A stretch of DNA of 64,000 bases, taken from an uncultured delta proteobacterium (lineage in GTDB: Bacteria > Myxococcota_A > Polyangia > Polyangiales > Polyangiaceae). This document shows positions 19,229 to 28,595 of the stretch, in pieces (position 1 is the first letter of the stretch; every line of letters starts with the position of its first letter). The notes beneath the pieces are model-generated. The model ran no database searches. It was given only the letters and a program-made list of their open reading frames with translations, and was not told where the DNA came from. Location: assembly GCA_963782055.1 (NCBI GenBank), contig CAWAIF010000003.1, forward strand, positions 800,001-864,000, given 5' to 3'. The position numbers and the translations under genes are program-made.

Positions 19229-22017
19229 TTCTTCTTCTTCGGCGGCGGGCGGGGCTTCGGTGGCTTGAGACCCAGCGCGTCGCCTGCGGCGCGCACGTCG
19301 GGATCCACGAGGCCGGCCTCGTAGAGGGCCTTGACGTAATCCGCGCCGCGGTGGCGGTCCTTCATCGCGCCGAGCGCCATGGCGGCGATGATGCGCGCCG
19401 GGACGGGCGCGAGCTCCGGCGGCGGGTCGACGCTCGCCGTCTTGCCGCGCGCGTCCTCCACCTTGCCGGCGGAGGCGGACGCGTACGCGCCGAGCCACGC
19501 CTGCATCGGGCCGAGCACCAGCGGGTACTTGGCCAGCAGCGGCTTGACCTCGCGCGTCTGGTTGCGCGCCACGAGGACGAAGACGCGCTCGGCGAGCACG
19601 CGCGTGGTGACCGTGCCCTCCAGCGCGGTCTGGCTGAGCTTGTCGGCGTCGTCCAGCTTGCCGTCGAAGCGGGCGAGGCGCGAGAGGCGGAGCGCGCGCA
19701 GTGGCTTGTCTTCCGTCCCCTTCCACGACTCGGCGATCTTGTGGGCGGTGTCGAGGTCGCCGGTGTCCATCGCGGCGTCCATCGCGACGAAATCGCTCCA
19801 CGGCGCGTCGTCGCCCGCGATCTCCGTCAGCCTGTCGGCGTCCAGCTTCTCGCGACCGCTGAGTACGTCCTGCGCGGTGGTGAGCGAGGAGAGGAAGGGG
19901 AGCTTGCGCTCGTCGGCGGGCACCGCCTCCAGCGCGCCGCCCAGCGCCGTGGCGTCGATGCGCTCGTACGCGGCCGCGGCGCGCACCACGGCGACGTCGG
20001 GGGAGTTGGCGTCCAGGTCCTCGGTGGCCTTGAGGGCCTCGTCCAGGCGATCGGCGAGGAGGGCGACGCGCGCGGCGAGCACGCGCGCGGGCGGGTAGAC
20101 CGCGGAGAAGGCGACCGCGGCCAGCGCGGCCTTGCGGGCGAGCGCCTCGTCGCCGGTGGACAGGGCGATGGCGCCGAGCCAGGACGCGACCCCCGGGCCG
20201 TCGGCGACCGCGAGGCCCTTCTTCACCTCCGCCTTGGTGGTCTCGTAGTCGTGCTTGTCGGAGGCCTGCAGGGCGAGCAGCGCGTGCGGCACGACGCGGA
20301 GGCCCACCGGCAGGTCCTGCTCCTTCGTCGTGATGGCCTGCGCGATCTCCGGCGGTGGGTCCCCGCGCTCCGGGTCGCGCGCCCACGCGAGGCCGACGAG
20401 CGCCTGGCCCTCGACGCGGTTCGGCCACTTGGCGCGGAACGCCTTCGCGAGCTGCATGGCCTTCTGCGGATCCCCGTCGATGGCGGTCACGCGCGCGAGA
20501 CCGATCTGCGCGACGACCAGATCGGGGTCGAGCTTCGTCGCCGCCTCGTAGCGGCCGGCCGCGCGCGGATCGCCCGCGCGCTCCAGCGCGGCGCCGGTCA
20601 TCAGCTGGTACCAGGGATCCTTCTGCGCGGGGCCGTCCCACTTGGAGAGCAGGCCGGCGGCGCCGACGGTGTCGCCCTGGAAGAGGAAGGAGGCGATCTG
20701 CGCGAAGGCGATGAGCTCCTCCTTCACCTTCACGTCGTGCGCGCGCTTGATGCCCCCCTCGAAGGCCACGTCGCCGCCGCCGTTGAGCAGTCCGGTGAGC
20801 GCGCGCTCGCGCAGCCAGTCGACGGCGGCGCGGTCGGAGCGCGAGTCCAGCTCGAAGACGGAGGAGAACTCCTTCTCCACGTTGGGCAGCAGCGAGGCCT
20901 GCCCCTTGCGCATGTCGGTCTCGATGCTGCCGAGCGTGGCCTCCGCCTGGGTGTGCGCCTTCTCCCGCTGCTTCTGGACGTAGAAGAAGCCGCCGATGCC
21001 GCCGCCGACGAAGAGCATCGTCAGGGCGAGCAGGGGGAGGGTGCCGCGCCGCTTGGTCCGACCCGGGCGGTCCCAGTGGACCGGCATCGGCACGCCGGTG
21101 GGGTTCTCGAAGACGCCGGCGAGGGAGAGGGCATCGAGGACATCGCGCGCATCGGGCACCTCGGGGGAGGCGGCGGTGCGGAAGGGGGAGGGGGCGGGCG
21201 CGCCGTCGCGCGGGCCGAGGTCGACGGGGGCGGAGGGCATCTCCACCGCGGCCGCGGGCGAGGCGAGCGGGCGGAACTGCTCCTGCGTCTCGGCGTTGAC
21301 GGGGTACTTGCGCGCGTCGGGGACGAGCAGCGGCTCGCTCGCGGGCTTCGGCATCGGGGGCGGCGCCTTGGCCGCGAGAGGCGGAGGCAGGATCTCCGCG
21401 CCGGCGAGGGGGGGCGGGACCGACGGAGGCCGCGGGGGCGCCAGCGGCGGGGGGATGGTGGGCACCTTCGGCGGTGGCGGCAGCGACGCCGGCACGCTGC
21501 GTACGGCTGTCTCCTCGTCGCTGAAGGACTCCATGCGCGAGCGCGCGGGCGCCTCCAGCGGGGCGACGCGCGCCACCTCCGCCGCGACGGCGCGCGCCCC
21601 GGCCTTGGTCTGCGTCGCCCGGAAGACCTTGGCGCGCTCCATCCAGGTGCGGCTCTCCTCGTCGTTGACGCCGAACTGCAGCGCCCGCTCGAAGACCTTC
21701 TCCGCCCGCTCGGCGTCGCCGCGGCGCAGGAGCACCTCCCCGAGCACGCGGTAGATCATGCCCTCCCGGGGGGAGATCTTGCCGGCCGCCACCAGGATGC
21801 TCTGGGCGTCGCCGAGCTTCTGCGCGCTCATGTACATGCGCGCCACGGCGAGGAGCACCGGGACGTTGGAGGAGTACTTCGCCTGCGCGAAATCGGCCAC
21901 CTGCTGGACGAGAGTCGTCCGCACCGACCCGTGCAGTGCGTCGCACAAGGCGATGGTGGCGCCCGGGTCCTGGGACTTCTTCCAGCGCTGAGCGAGATCG
22001 TCGATCGAATCGGGCAT
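19225..22017 (-). CDS. Bitopic TPR protein with Pro-rich cytoplasmic linker
   Basis: N-terminal TPRs (IYRVLGEVLLRRGDAERAEKVFERAL), PPP-rich linker, TM LPLLALTMLFVGGGIGGFFYV, Ala/Leu-rich TPR-like C-terminal region. Confidence 0.75.
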   Translation of the reverse strand: MPDSIDDLAQRWKKSQDPGATIALCDALHGSVRTTLVQQVADFAQAKYSSNVPVLLAVARMYMSAQKLGDAQSILVAAGKISPREGMIYRVLGEVLLRRGDAERAEKVFERALQFGVNDEESRTWMERAKVFRATQTKAGARAVAAEVARVAPLEAPARSRMESFSDEETAVRSVPASLPPPPKVPTIPPPLAPPRPPSVPPPLAGAEILPPPLAAKAPPPMPKPASEPLLVPDARKYPVNAETQEQFRPLASPAAAVEMPSAPVDLGPRDGAPAPSPFRTAASPEVPDARDVLDALSLAGVFENPTGVPMPVHWDRPGRTKRRGTLPLLALTMLFVGGGIGGFFYVQKQREKAHTQAEATLGSIETDMRKGQASLLPNVEKEFSSVFELDSRSDRAAVDWLRERALTGLLNGGGDVAFEGGIKRAHDVKVKEELIAFAQIASFLFQGDTVGAAGLLSKWDGPAQKDPWYQLMTGAALERAGDPRAAGRYEAATKLDPDLVVAQIGLARVTAIDGDPQKAMQLAKAFRAKWPNRVEGQALVGLAWARDPERGDPPPEIAQAITTKEQDLPVGLRVVPHALLALQASDKHDYETTKAEVKKGLAVADGPGVASWLGAIALSTGDEALARKAALAAVAFSAVYPPARVLAARVALLADRLDEALKATEDLDANSPDVAVVRAAAAYERIDATALGGALEAVPADERKLPFLSSLTTAQDVLSGREKLDADRLTEIAGDDAPWSDFVAMDAAMDTGDLDTAHKIAESWKGTEDKPLRALRLSRLARFDGKLDDADKLSQTALEGTVTTRVLAERVFVLVARNQTREVKPLLAKYPLVLGPMQAWLGAYASASAGKVEDARGKTASVDPPPELAPVPARIIAAMALGAMKDRHRGADYVKALYEAGLVDPDVRAAGDALGLKPPKPRPPPKKKK

Positions 22018-22144
22018 CAGGGAAACGGACCGAACGATAGCAGGCAGAGTGGGGCGCTGGAACCGGGTATGCGCGCAAGTGCTGTTCGAGCTCGTCCTTG
22101 GAGGCGGCCTTTACCCCGGCCCTCCCGCGCGCTAGCACTAGGGC

Positions 22145-22612
22145 GTGGGCACGCGCTCGAAGTCGAAGGGCAAGGCCGCCAAGGCGTCCAGCGTCGCTGA
22201 GCTGCAGGGCATCCTCCGCGGCGCCGGTCTGCGCAGCACGGCGCCGCGTATTGCCGTGCTGCGGTACCTGCAGGCGGCCGCAGCCCCCGTCAGCCACCCC
22301 GAGATCTTCGAGGCGCTGGCCGGGGAGGGCTTCGACCGCGCCACTCTCTACCGCAACCTGATGGACCTCACCGACGCCGGCCTGGTGCGCCGCACCGACC
22401 TCGGCGACCACGTCTGGCGCTTCGAGCTGCGGGGCGAAGAGCAGGCGGGGCACGTCGTCGAGCACCCCCACTTCGTCTGCACCGACTGCGGCGAGGTGTC
22501 CTGCCTCCCCGGCGTGGCGGTCAAGATCGTCACGCACGGCGACGCGCCCGAGTCGGTGTCCTCGCAGCGGGTGGCGGTGCAGCTGAGCGGTCGTTGCAAC
22601 GCGTGTGCGTGA
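22145..22612 (+). CDS. Fur-family transcriptional regulator
   Basis: GLRSTAPRIAVL, DRATLYRNL..L...G, HPHFVCTDCG, C-terminal CNAC. Confidence 0.9.
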   Translation: MGTRSKSKGKAAKASSVAELQGILRGAGLRSTAPRIAVLRYLQAAAAPVSHPEIFEALAGEGFDRATLYRNLMDLTDAGLVRRTDLGDHVWRFELRGEEQAGHVVEHPHFVCTDCGEVSCLPGVAVKIVTHGDAPESVSSQRVAVQLSGRCNACA

Positions 22613-22672
22613 ACCGCCGAAGGTGAGCCTGTAGCCGTCCTCTCAGGGAGACGGTTGCCCGCGGGATGCTCT

Positions 22673-22687
22673 TCCAACGGAGTTGCG
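22673..22687. promoter_or_regulatory. Candidate Fur-family operator (CAAC-N3-GTTG)
   Basis: TCCAACGGAGTTGCG inverted repeat directly before the TBDT ATG and just downstream of the fur gene. Confidence 0.35.
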
Positions 22688-25243
22688 ATGACGCTAAGAG
22701 TGCAGCTCGTGAGGGCGCCGCTCCGTCATGCATGGCCGCTTGGACTCGCCCTGGCGCTCGCCGCGGGGCCCGCGCTGGCCCAGCCCGAGACCCGCGAGAT
22801 CACCCACCCGGTGGCGATCCACGCCGGCCCCGCGGTCTACCCGCCGGAGATGGTGTCCTCCGGGAAGCACGCCGACGTGGTGCTCTTCGTCACGCTGAAC
22901 GCGGAGGGCAAGATCCGCGACGTGAGCCTCGCCGAATCGGGCGGCCCCGCCTTCGACGAGGCGGCGATGGAGGCGGTGCGCAAGTGGACCTTCTCCCCGG
23001 CCACCGTGGACGGCAAGCCGGTGCCCGCGCGCATCAAGGTGCCCTTCCACTTCGCGCCGCCCGCGCCGCCATCCGCGCCCACGCCGGGGCCCGTCAAGCC
23101 GCCCCCCGTCAAGCCGCCGCCCGCCGCCAAGCAGCCGCCCGCGCCGGCGGAGGAGCTGCCCCCGCAGCCCATCGAGGAGGTGCACGTGCTCGGGCGCACG
23201 CATCTGCCCAAGCGCGGCGGCGGCGACTTCGACATGCCCATCGGCCACCTGGCCGCGGTGCCGCACCGGGACGCGGGCAAGATGCTCGAGAGCATCCCCG
23301 GGGTCTACGTCGGCAACGAGGGCGGCGAGGGCCACCCTTACCAGATCGTCATGCGAGGCTTCGACTCGCAGGAGGGCCTGGCGGTGGAGACGACGCTCGA
23401 CGGCATCCCGCTCAACGAGGTGGGCAACCCCCACGGCAACGGCCTGGTCGACGAGCACTTCATCATCCCCGAGCTCGTCATCAACCTGCGCGCGCTGGAG
23501 GGGCCGTTCGCGCCGCAGCAGGGCAACTTCGCCGTGGCCGGGTCGATCCTCTACGACGTCGGCCTGGAGCGCACCGGGCTGAACGTCTCCGGCACCTACG
23601 GGTCCTTCAACACGCGCCGGCTCCTGCTCACCTACCGGCCGCAGGGCTGCACCGACCGCACCTTCGGCGGCGTCGAGCTCTACGGCACCGACGGCTACGG
23701 ACAGAACCGCGCGGCCAACCGCGCCACCGCGATGGCCGGCTACGAGTGGCACATGGGCCGCTACGGCTACCTGCGCGTGCTCGGCACCTCGTACACCGCG
23801 CACTACCAGCAGGCTGGCGTGGTGCGGCGGGACGACGTGAACGCCGGCCGCGTCGGCTTCTTCGACACCTACGACCCGTCGCAGGGCGGCGACTCCACGC
23901 GGCACTCAGTAGGCATCACCTTCGGCGATCGCTTCGGCGCCACGCGCATCACCCAGTCGGCCTTCTTCACGTACCGCGAGTTCGGCCTGCGCGCCAACGA
24001 GACCGGCTTCGTCGAGGACGTGCAGCAGCCGTGGCAGTCGGCGCACGCGCAGCGCGGCGACCTGACCGACCAGCACGACACCACCTTCACCGTCGGCGGA
24101 CGCGGGGCCGCGCGCTACCGGTGGAAGGCGCTCGGCTCGCGCCAGGAGGTGGAGCTCGGCTATCTGGCGCGCTTCGACGCGGTGGACTCGCTGGTGCAGC
24201 GCGACCGCTTCGGGACCAACGTGCCGTACCTCACGGACTTCAGCCTGGCCTCGTCCATCAGCAACATCGGCGTCTACGTCGACGCCAACCTCAAGCCCAC
24301 GCGGTGGATCACCGTCCGGGGCGGTGCACGCGGGGAGCTGTACGACTACGTCGTGCGCGACCGGTGCGCGGTGCCGCAGCCGCCCGCGGGCGTGACCGGT
24401 CCGCCCGACACCGAGTGCTTCTCGGTGGACGAGCAGGGCTACCGCAACCCGCAGCAGACCACGTCGGAGCAGGCGGGGGCCTTCCTGCCACGCGGCACGG
24501 TCATGCTCGGACCGTGGCGGGGCTTCACCTTCAGCGGCAGCGTGGGCGCCGGGACGCGTAGCCTGGATCCCTTGTATATTGCACAGACCGCCGACGCCAC
24601 GCCGCCGGAGATCATCGCCTACGAGGGCGGCGTCAGCTACCAGCGGCCCATCGGCAGCGTCGACCTCACCGCGCGCTCGGTCTTCTTCGTCACGCACGTG
24701 GACAAGGACGTGCTCTTCGACCAGGCGGAGAACCGCATCACCGAATCGACGGCGACGACGCGGTCCGGGTGGACGGGCGCGGTGCGCGCGACGGGCGCCT
24801 TCTTCGACGTCTCCGCGAGCGCCACCTTCGCGCGCTCGACCTTCGACCTCGACCACACGCTCGTGCCCTACGTACCGCCGGCGCTCCTGCGTCTGGACGG
24901 CGCGCTCTTCCGCTCGCTCTTTCCCATCGCGCACCACCGGCTGGAGGGGCGCGTCGGCCTGGGCGTCTCCTACGCCGCGTCGCGCCCTCTGCCCGAGGAC
25001 ACCTGGTCGGATCCCGTCGGTCTGGTCGACCTCGGCGCGTCCCTCACCTGGCGCGGCTTCACGCTGAGCGGTCAGCTCACCAACCTGCTCGACACGCAGT
25101 ACAAGAGCAGCGAGGACACCTACGCCTCCGACTTCCACACGCAGGCGCAGCCCACCACCGCGCCGGCGCGCCACTTCGTGGCCGGCATGCCGCGGGCCAT
25201 CTTCGGAACGCTCAGCTACACCTTCGGCGGCGGACCGACCTGA
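22688..25243 (+). CDS. TonB C-terminal domain fused to a TonB-dependent receptor
   Basis: Signal peptide; YPPE...FDEAAMEAVRKWTFSPATVDGKPV (TonB_C); Pro linker; plug GGEGHPYQIVMRGFD..NPHGNG..GPFAPQQGNFAVAG; barrel ending NLLD...PRAIFGTLSYTF. Confidence 0.88.
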   Translation: MTLRVQLVRAPLRHAWPLGLALALAAGPALAQPETREITHPVAIHAGPAVYPPEMVSSGKHADVVLFVTLNAEGKIRDVSLAESGGPAFDEAAMEAVRKWTFSPATVDGKPVPARIKVPFHFAPPAPPSAPTPGPVKPPPVKPPPAAKQPPAPAEELPPQPIEEVHVLGRTHLPKRGGGDFDMPIGHLAAVPHRDAGKMLESIPGVYVGNEGGEGHPYQIVMRGFDSQEGLAVETTLDGIPLNEVGNPHGNGLVDEHFIIPELVINLRALEGPFAPQQGNFAVAGSILYDVGLERTGLNVSGTYGSFNTRRLLLTYRPQGCTDRTFGGVELYGTDGYGQNRAANRATAMAGYEWHMGRYGYLRVLGTSYTAHYQQAGVVRRDDVNAGRVGFFDTYDPSQGGDSTRHSVGITFGDRFGATRITQSAFFTYREFGLRANETGFVEDVQQPWQSAHAQRGDLTDQHDTTFTVGGRGAARYRWKALGSRQEVELGYLARFDAVDSLVQRDRFGTNVPYLTDFSLASSISNIGVYVDANLKPTRWITVRGGARGELYDYVVRDRCAVPQPPAGVTGPPDTECFSVDEQGYRNPQQTTSEQAGAFLPRGTVMLGPWRGFTFSGSVGAGTRSLDPLYIAQTADATPPEIIAYEGGVSYQRPIGSVDLTARSVFFVTHVDKDVLFDQAENRITESTATTRSGWTGAVRATGAFFDVSASATFARSTFDLDHTLVPYVPPALLRLDGALFRSLFPIAHHRLEGRVGLGVSYAASRPLPEDTWSDPVGLVDLGASLTWRGFTLSGQLTNLLDTQYKSSEDTYASDFHTQAQPTTAPARHFVAGMPRAIFGTLSYTFGGGPT

Positions 25244-25292
25244 CCGCGAGCGCGCCGGCGGCGTGATCGCAACGGACCCCTGACGTCCCGTC

Positions 25293-25490
25293 TCACTCGA
25301 CCTTCGTCTCCTGCCCGGCCTCCAGCGTGTAGCGCATCCACTCGGTGAGGGAGATGCGGCCCTTGCTCTTGCAGACGGGACACACGCCCTCCGGTCCCTC
25401 GCCGGTCCAGACGATGCCGTCGATGCAACGCGGCACCGGGCAAAGACGCGTGAGGTCGATGCGCGTGCTCGACTTGCGTTTGGTGATCAT
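25293..25490 (-). CDS. Small zinc-finger protein
   Basis: CPVPRCIDG...CPVCKSKG, a DnaJ-like CxxCxGxG-type pair in a 65-aa ORF. Confidence 0.6.
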   Translation of the reverse strand: MITKRKSSTRIDLTRLCPVPRCIDGIVWTGEGPEGVCPVCKSKGRISLTEWMRYTLEAGQETKVE

Positions 25491-25506
25491 GCGCCGCCCG
25501 TGGTCC

Positions 25507-25522
25507 AGCAACGTACGTGCCG
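25507..25522 (-). promoter_or_regulatory. Putative sigma54 promoter
   Basis: Minus strand CGGCACGTACGTTGCT (GGCAC-N5-TTGC), 16 nt before ATG 25490. Confidence 0.6.
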
Positions 25523-25619
25523 CCGTGGTGACACGGCGAGCAGGCCATGGCGTGCCGCGTCAACGTGACAAAATGCATCGGGCGGCTCGAGCGTCGTAGC
25601 GCTTTGCCACAAGCGCGCC

Positions 25620-26591
25620 TCACGCGGGCGCGCCGGGCAGGGGCACCGCGTCGAGGGGGACGACGCCCAGCTCCGCGCGCACCTGCTCCACCGGACGCGT
25701 CCACTCGGCGCGGAAGTCCCAGTCGGTCGAGATGTCCCTCTTGATCAGGGCGCCGCGCGCGTGATGGCGCACGAACCGGCGCACGTCGATTTGGTGCGCG
25801 ACGCCCGGGGCGAACGGGGAGATGCGCAGGCCGATCTGGAACTGGAGGGCGACGGTGAAGAGCCAGAAGAAGGGGTCCTCCCGCCGGAAGCCGGCCATGA
25901 AGGCCACCACCTCCGCCTCGCCCGTCGGCGTGATGGGGTAGCCGCCGAGGACGTGCAGCATGTCGTGCCAGACCCCGCGCTCGCCGATGCCGCCTCGCTC
26001 TCCGGGAAAGCCGAGGTCGTTGTGCACGACGAAGTCCCAGTAGGCGCGGCCGAGCGTCCCCTGCGCCAGCTTGCCCAGGTCGTTGTAGCGGCGCGCGAGC
26101 TCGGGGTCGGTCGCCAGCCCGAGCAGCGGGCCGAAGGTGCGATAGAGACCGCGCGCGCCCTCCTCGTGCGCCGTGCGCAGCAGCTCGTCGCGCGCGTAGC
26201 CCCTGCGCGTGAGGTCCCACTTCATCGCCTCGACGTGCCCGTGCGCGAGCTGCGTCAGGTTCTTCACGCGAGGGTCGGCCACCTGCAGCGCGCCGGCCAG
26301 CTCGCCCACCACCGTCGCTTCCACGTCGAGGACCTCGCCGTCGATCACCGCCATGAGAATGGCGGCCTGAACGACGTGCTCGCGCTCGGTCGCGTCCAGC
26401 CCCAGCGCCGCCAGCTCCGCGCCGCGCACCGGCGTCAGGGCGTCCAGGTCGGTGGAGAGCCCGAGGGCGTCGCGCGCCGTCTCTAGCAGCTCGCGCTCCT
26501 CGACGGTCACGTCGCCGTCGGCCACGCAGACGGTGTGCATCGCCCGCAGCAGCAGGGTGCCGTGATCCGCCGCCACGTCGAAGAGGAACAT
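25620..26591 (-). CDS. TerB-like N-terminal domain fused to Coq4-like metal-binding domain
   Basis: VCVADGDVTVEERELL...MAVIDGEV (TerB); L..GTLGRAY, HDMLHVLGGYPITPTGEAEVVAF (HDxxH-x11-E). Confidence 0.7.
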   Translation of the reverse strand: MFLFDVAADHGTLLLRAMHTVCVADGDVTVEERELLETARDALGLSTDLDALTPVRGAELAALGLDATEREHVVQAAILMAVIDGEVLDVEATVVGELAGALQVADPRVKNLTQLAHGHVEAMKWDLTRRGYARDELLRTAHEEGARGLYRTFGPLLGLATDPELARRYNDLGKLAQGTLGRAYWDFVVHNDLGFPGERGGIGERGVWHDMLHVLGGYPITPTGEAEVVAFMAGFRREDPFFWLFTVALQFQIGLRISPFAPGVAHQIDVRRFVRHHARGALIKRDISTDWDFRAEWTRPVEQVRAELGVVPLDAVPLPGAPA

Positions 26592-26692
26592 GCGCCGTAG
26601 GGTAGCTCTGCCGGACGCCCGAGAGAACGCCGCGATGCGCCGGCGGTGGTGGTAGGGCCCGGTGCCCCGCGCATCGGCTACACTGCGCGGCG

Positions 26693-28588
26693 ATGACGCT
26701 GCCGCCGGAGCTCGAGAAGACGGTGCGTGCGGGGATGGAGACCCTCTCCGACCTCGCCGCCACCATCGTCAAGAACCCGCGCGCCACCATCGTCCCGGTC
26801 GAGACCTCGCCCCGCAGCGGGCGCCGGGCCCTCGCCGCCCTGCGCGGCCTGAAGCGCGACCCGGCGTCGCTCCAGCTCGAGTCGGTGCTGGGGGAGGGCG
26901 GCATGGGCATCGTCCACCTCGCGCGGCAAGTGGCGCTGGACCGCCGCGTCGCCGTCAAGACGCTCCGCCCGCAGCACGTCAGCAGCGAGAACGTGGAGAG
27001 CCTGCTGGGCGAGGCGTGGCTCGCCGGATTGCTGGAGCACCCCAACGTGGTCCCTGTCTACGACCTGGGGCTGGACAAGAACGGCGTCCCGGTGCTGGTG
27101 ATGAAGCGCATCGAGGGGGATGCCTGGTGTGATCTGCTCGCCGACGACGCCGTCGCGCGGCGCCACGCGCTGGAGCGCGACCTGCTCGAGTTCCACGTCC
27201 AGGTGCTCATCCAGGTCTGCAACGCCGTGCACTTCGCGCACTCGCGCGGGGTGGTGCACCGCGATCTGAAGCCGGACAACGTGATGATCGGTCACTTCGG
27301 CGAGGTGTACGTCGTCGACTGGGGCATCGCCGCGGCGCCCGGGCCGGTGCGCCACATGGCGGGCACCCCGGCGTACATGGCGCCGGAGATGCTCGGCGCC
27401 TCCGCGAGCGACGAGGTCACCGCCCGCACCGATGTCTACCTGCTGGGCGCGGTGCTCTACGAGGTGCTCGCCCGTCGCACGCCGCACGCGCCCGGCGACA
27501 TGCGCGCCATCGTCTCGAGCATCCTGCTCTCCCAGCCGGACGTCCCCGCGGACGCCCCGGAGGAGCTCGCCGATCTGGTGCGCGCGTGCATGAGCCGCGA
27601 CCCGGCGAGCCGCCCCCAGAGCGCGCTCGAGGTCCGCAAGCTGCTGGAGCGGTTCGTCGAGCACCGCGGGTCCATGGCGCTCGCCGCGCAATCGGAGGAG
27701 CGCTTGCGGGAGCTGAGCGAGCTCCTGCACGCGGAGAAGAAGGACATGATGCGCCTGTACAACGCGTACGGCGAGTGCCGCTTCGGCTTCCGGCAGGCGC
27801 TGCGCTCCTGGCCGGAGAACGCGCGGGCGAAGGAGGGGCTGCGCGAGGCGGTGTCGGCGATGCTGCGCTTCGAGGCAGAGCAAGGGGACGCGCGCGCGGC
27901 GTCGCTCCTTCTCGCCGATCTCGACGAGAAGCACCCCGACCTCGAGGCGCTGGTGGAGGTCGCGCGCCGGCGCGCCGAGCAGGAGCAGAAGAAGATCGAG
28001 GAGCTCCGCGCGCTGGAGAAGCAGCTCGACCCGCGCACCGGGCGCCAGACACGCCTGGCGATGGGCTTGCTGCTCGCCGTCCTCTGGACCGTCGCGCCGC
28101 TCTTCGGGCCGTGGGTCGTGAGCACCCACCCGCGGTACGAGGGGATCATCAGCGTGCCGATGGCGCTGCTCTCGGTGCTCATCGTCGTCGTGGGGACGCT
28201 CACCCGGCCGCGCTCGACGCCGCTCAACCGACAGCTCAATCGTGTCCTCATCTTCTGCATGCTCACGCAGGCGGGCGGGCTGCTCGCCGCGCACTGGCTG
28301 GGCCTGCCCCCCCACGAGACCATCTTCGGCCTGCTCGCCCTCTGGTTCGTGTGCATGGGCGTCGTCGCCGCCACGGTGGACCGGCGCGTGGGCATCGCCG
28401 CCGGCGCGTACCTGGTGGCGCTCGGCCTCGCGCTGCGGTGGCCGGAGATCCGCTACACCTTCGTCGCCGCGGCGAACCTGGTGGTCGTCTTCACGGTGGC
28501 CTTCATCTGGTCGCGCCGTGGCACCGAGCTGGAGATGGAGGCACAGAAGCGGGCATCGAGTGCCCACTTCGCGCGGTTTCGACTATAG
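26693..28588 (+). CDS. Ser/Thr protein kinase with C-terminal multi-TM domain
   Basis: GEGGMG, VAVK, HPNVVPVY, HRDLKPDN, DWG, GTPAYMAPE, DVYLLG; coiled coil and about 6 TM helices. Confidence 0.92.
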   Translation: MTLPPELEKTVRAGMETLSDLAATIVKNPRATIVPVETSPRSGRRALAALRGLKRDPASLQLESVLGEGGMGIVHLARQVALDRRVAVKTLRPQHVSSENVESLLGEAWLAGLLEHPNVVPVYDLGLDKNGVPVLVMKRIEGDAWCDLLADDAVARRHALERDLLEFHVQVLIQVCNAVHFAHSRGVVHRDLKPDNVMIGHFGEVYVVDWGIAAAPGPVRHMAGTPAYMAPEMLGASASDEVTARTDVYLLGAVLYEVLARRTPHAPGDMRAIVSSILLSQPDVPADAPEELADLVRACMSRDPASRPQSALEVRKLLERFVEHRGSMALAAQSEERLRELSELLHAEKKDMMRLYNAYGECRFGFRQALRSWPENARAKEGLREAVSAMLRFEAEQGDARAASLLLADLDEKHPDLEALVEVARRRAEQEQKKIEELRALEKQLDPRTGRQTRLAMGLLLAVLWTVAPLFGPWVVSTHPRYEGIISVPMALLSVLIVVVGTLTRPRSTPLNRQLNRVLIFCMLTQAGGLLAAHWLGLPPHETIFGLLALWFVCMGVVAATVDRRVGIAAGAYLVALGLALRWPEIRYTFVAAANLVVVFTVAFIWSRRGTELEMEAQKRASSAHFARFRL

Positions 28589-28595
28589 GTCGCGC

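Noticed and set aside
18044..22537. 1497-aa ORF and similar giant ORFs (6792-9923, 28503-31718, 45921-49196, 5' part of 51468-55826)
   Set aside because: These are Arg/Gly/Ala-rich shadow frames caused by high GC; only internal segments correspond to real genes, as annotated.
22612..22655. Glycine riboswitch-like CGCCGAAGG...CTCTCAGG
   Set aside because: The upstream GGAGA element and P1/P2 stems are not apparent, the 5' part would overlap the fur CDS, and the context is metal uptake. An Rfam cmsearch would settle it.
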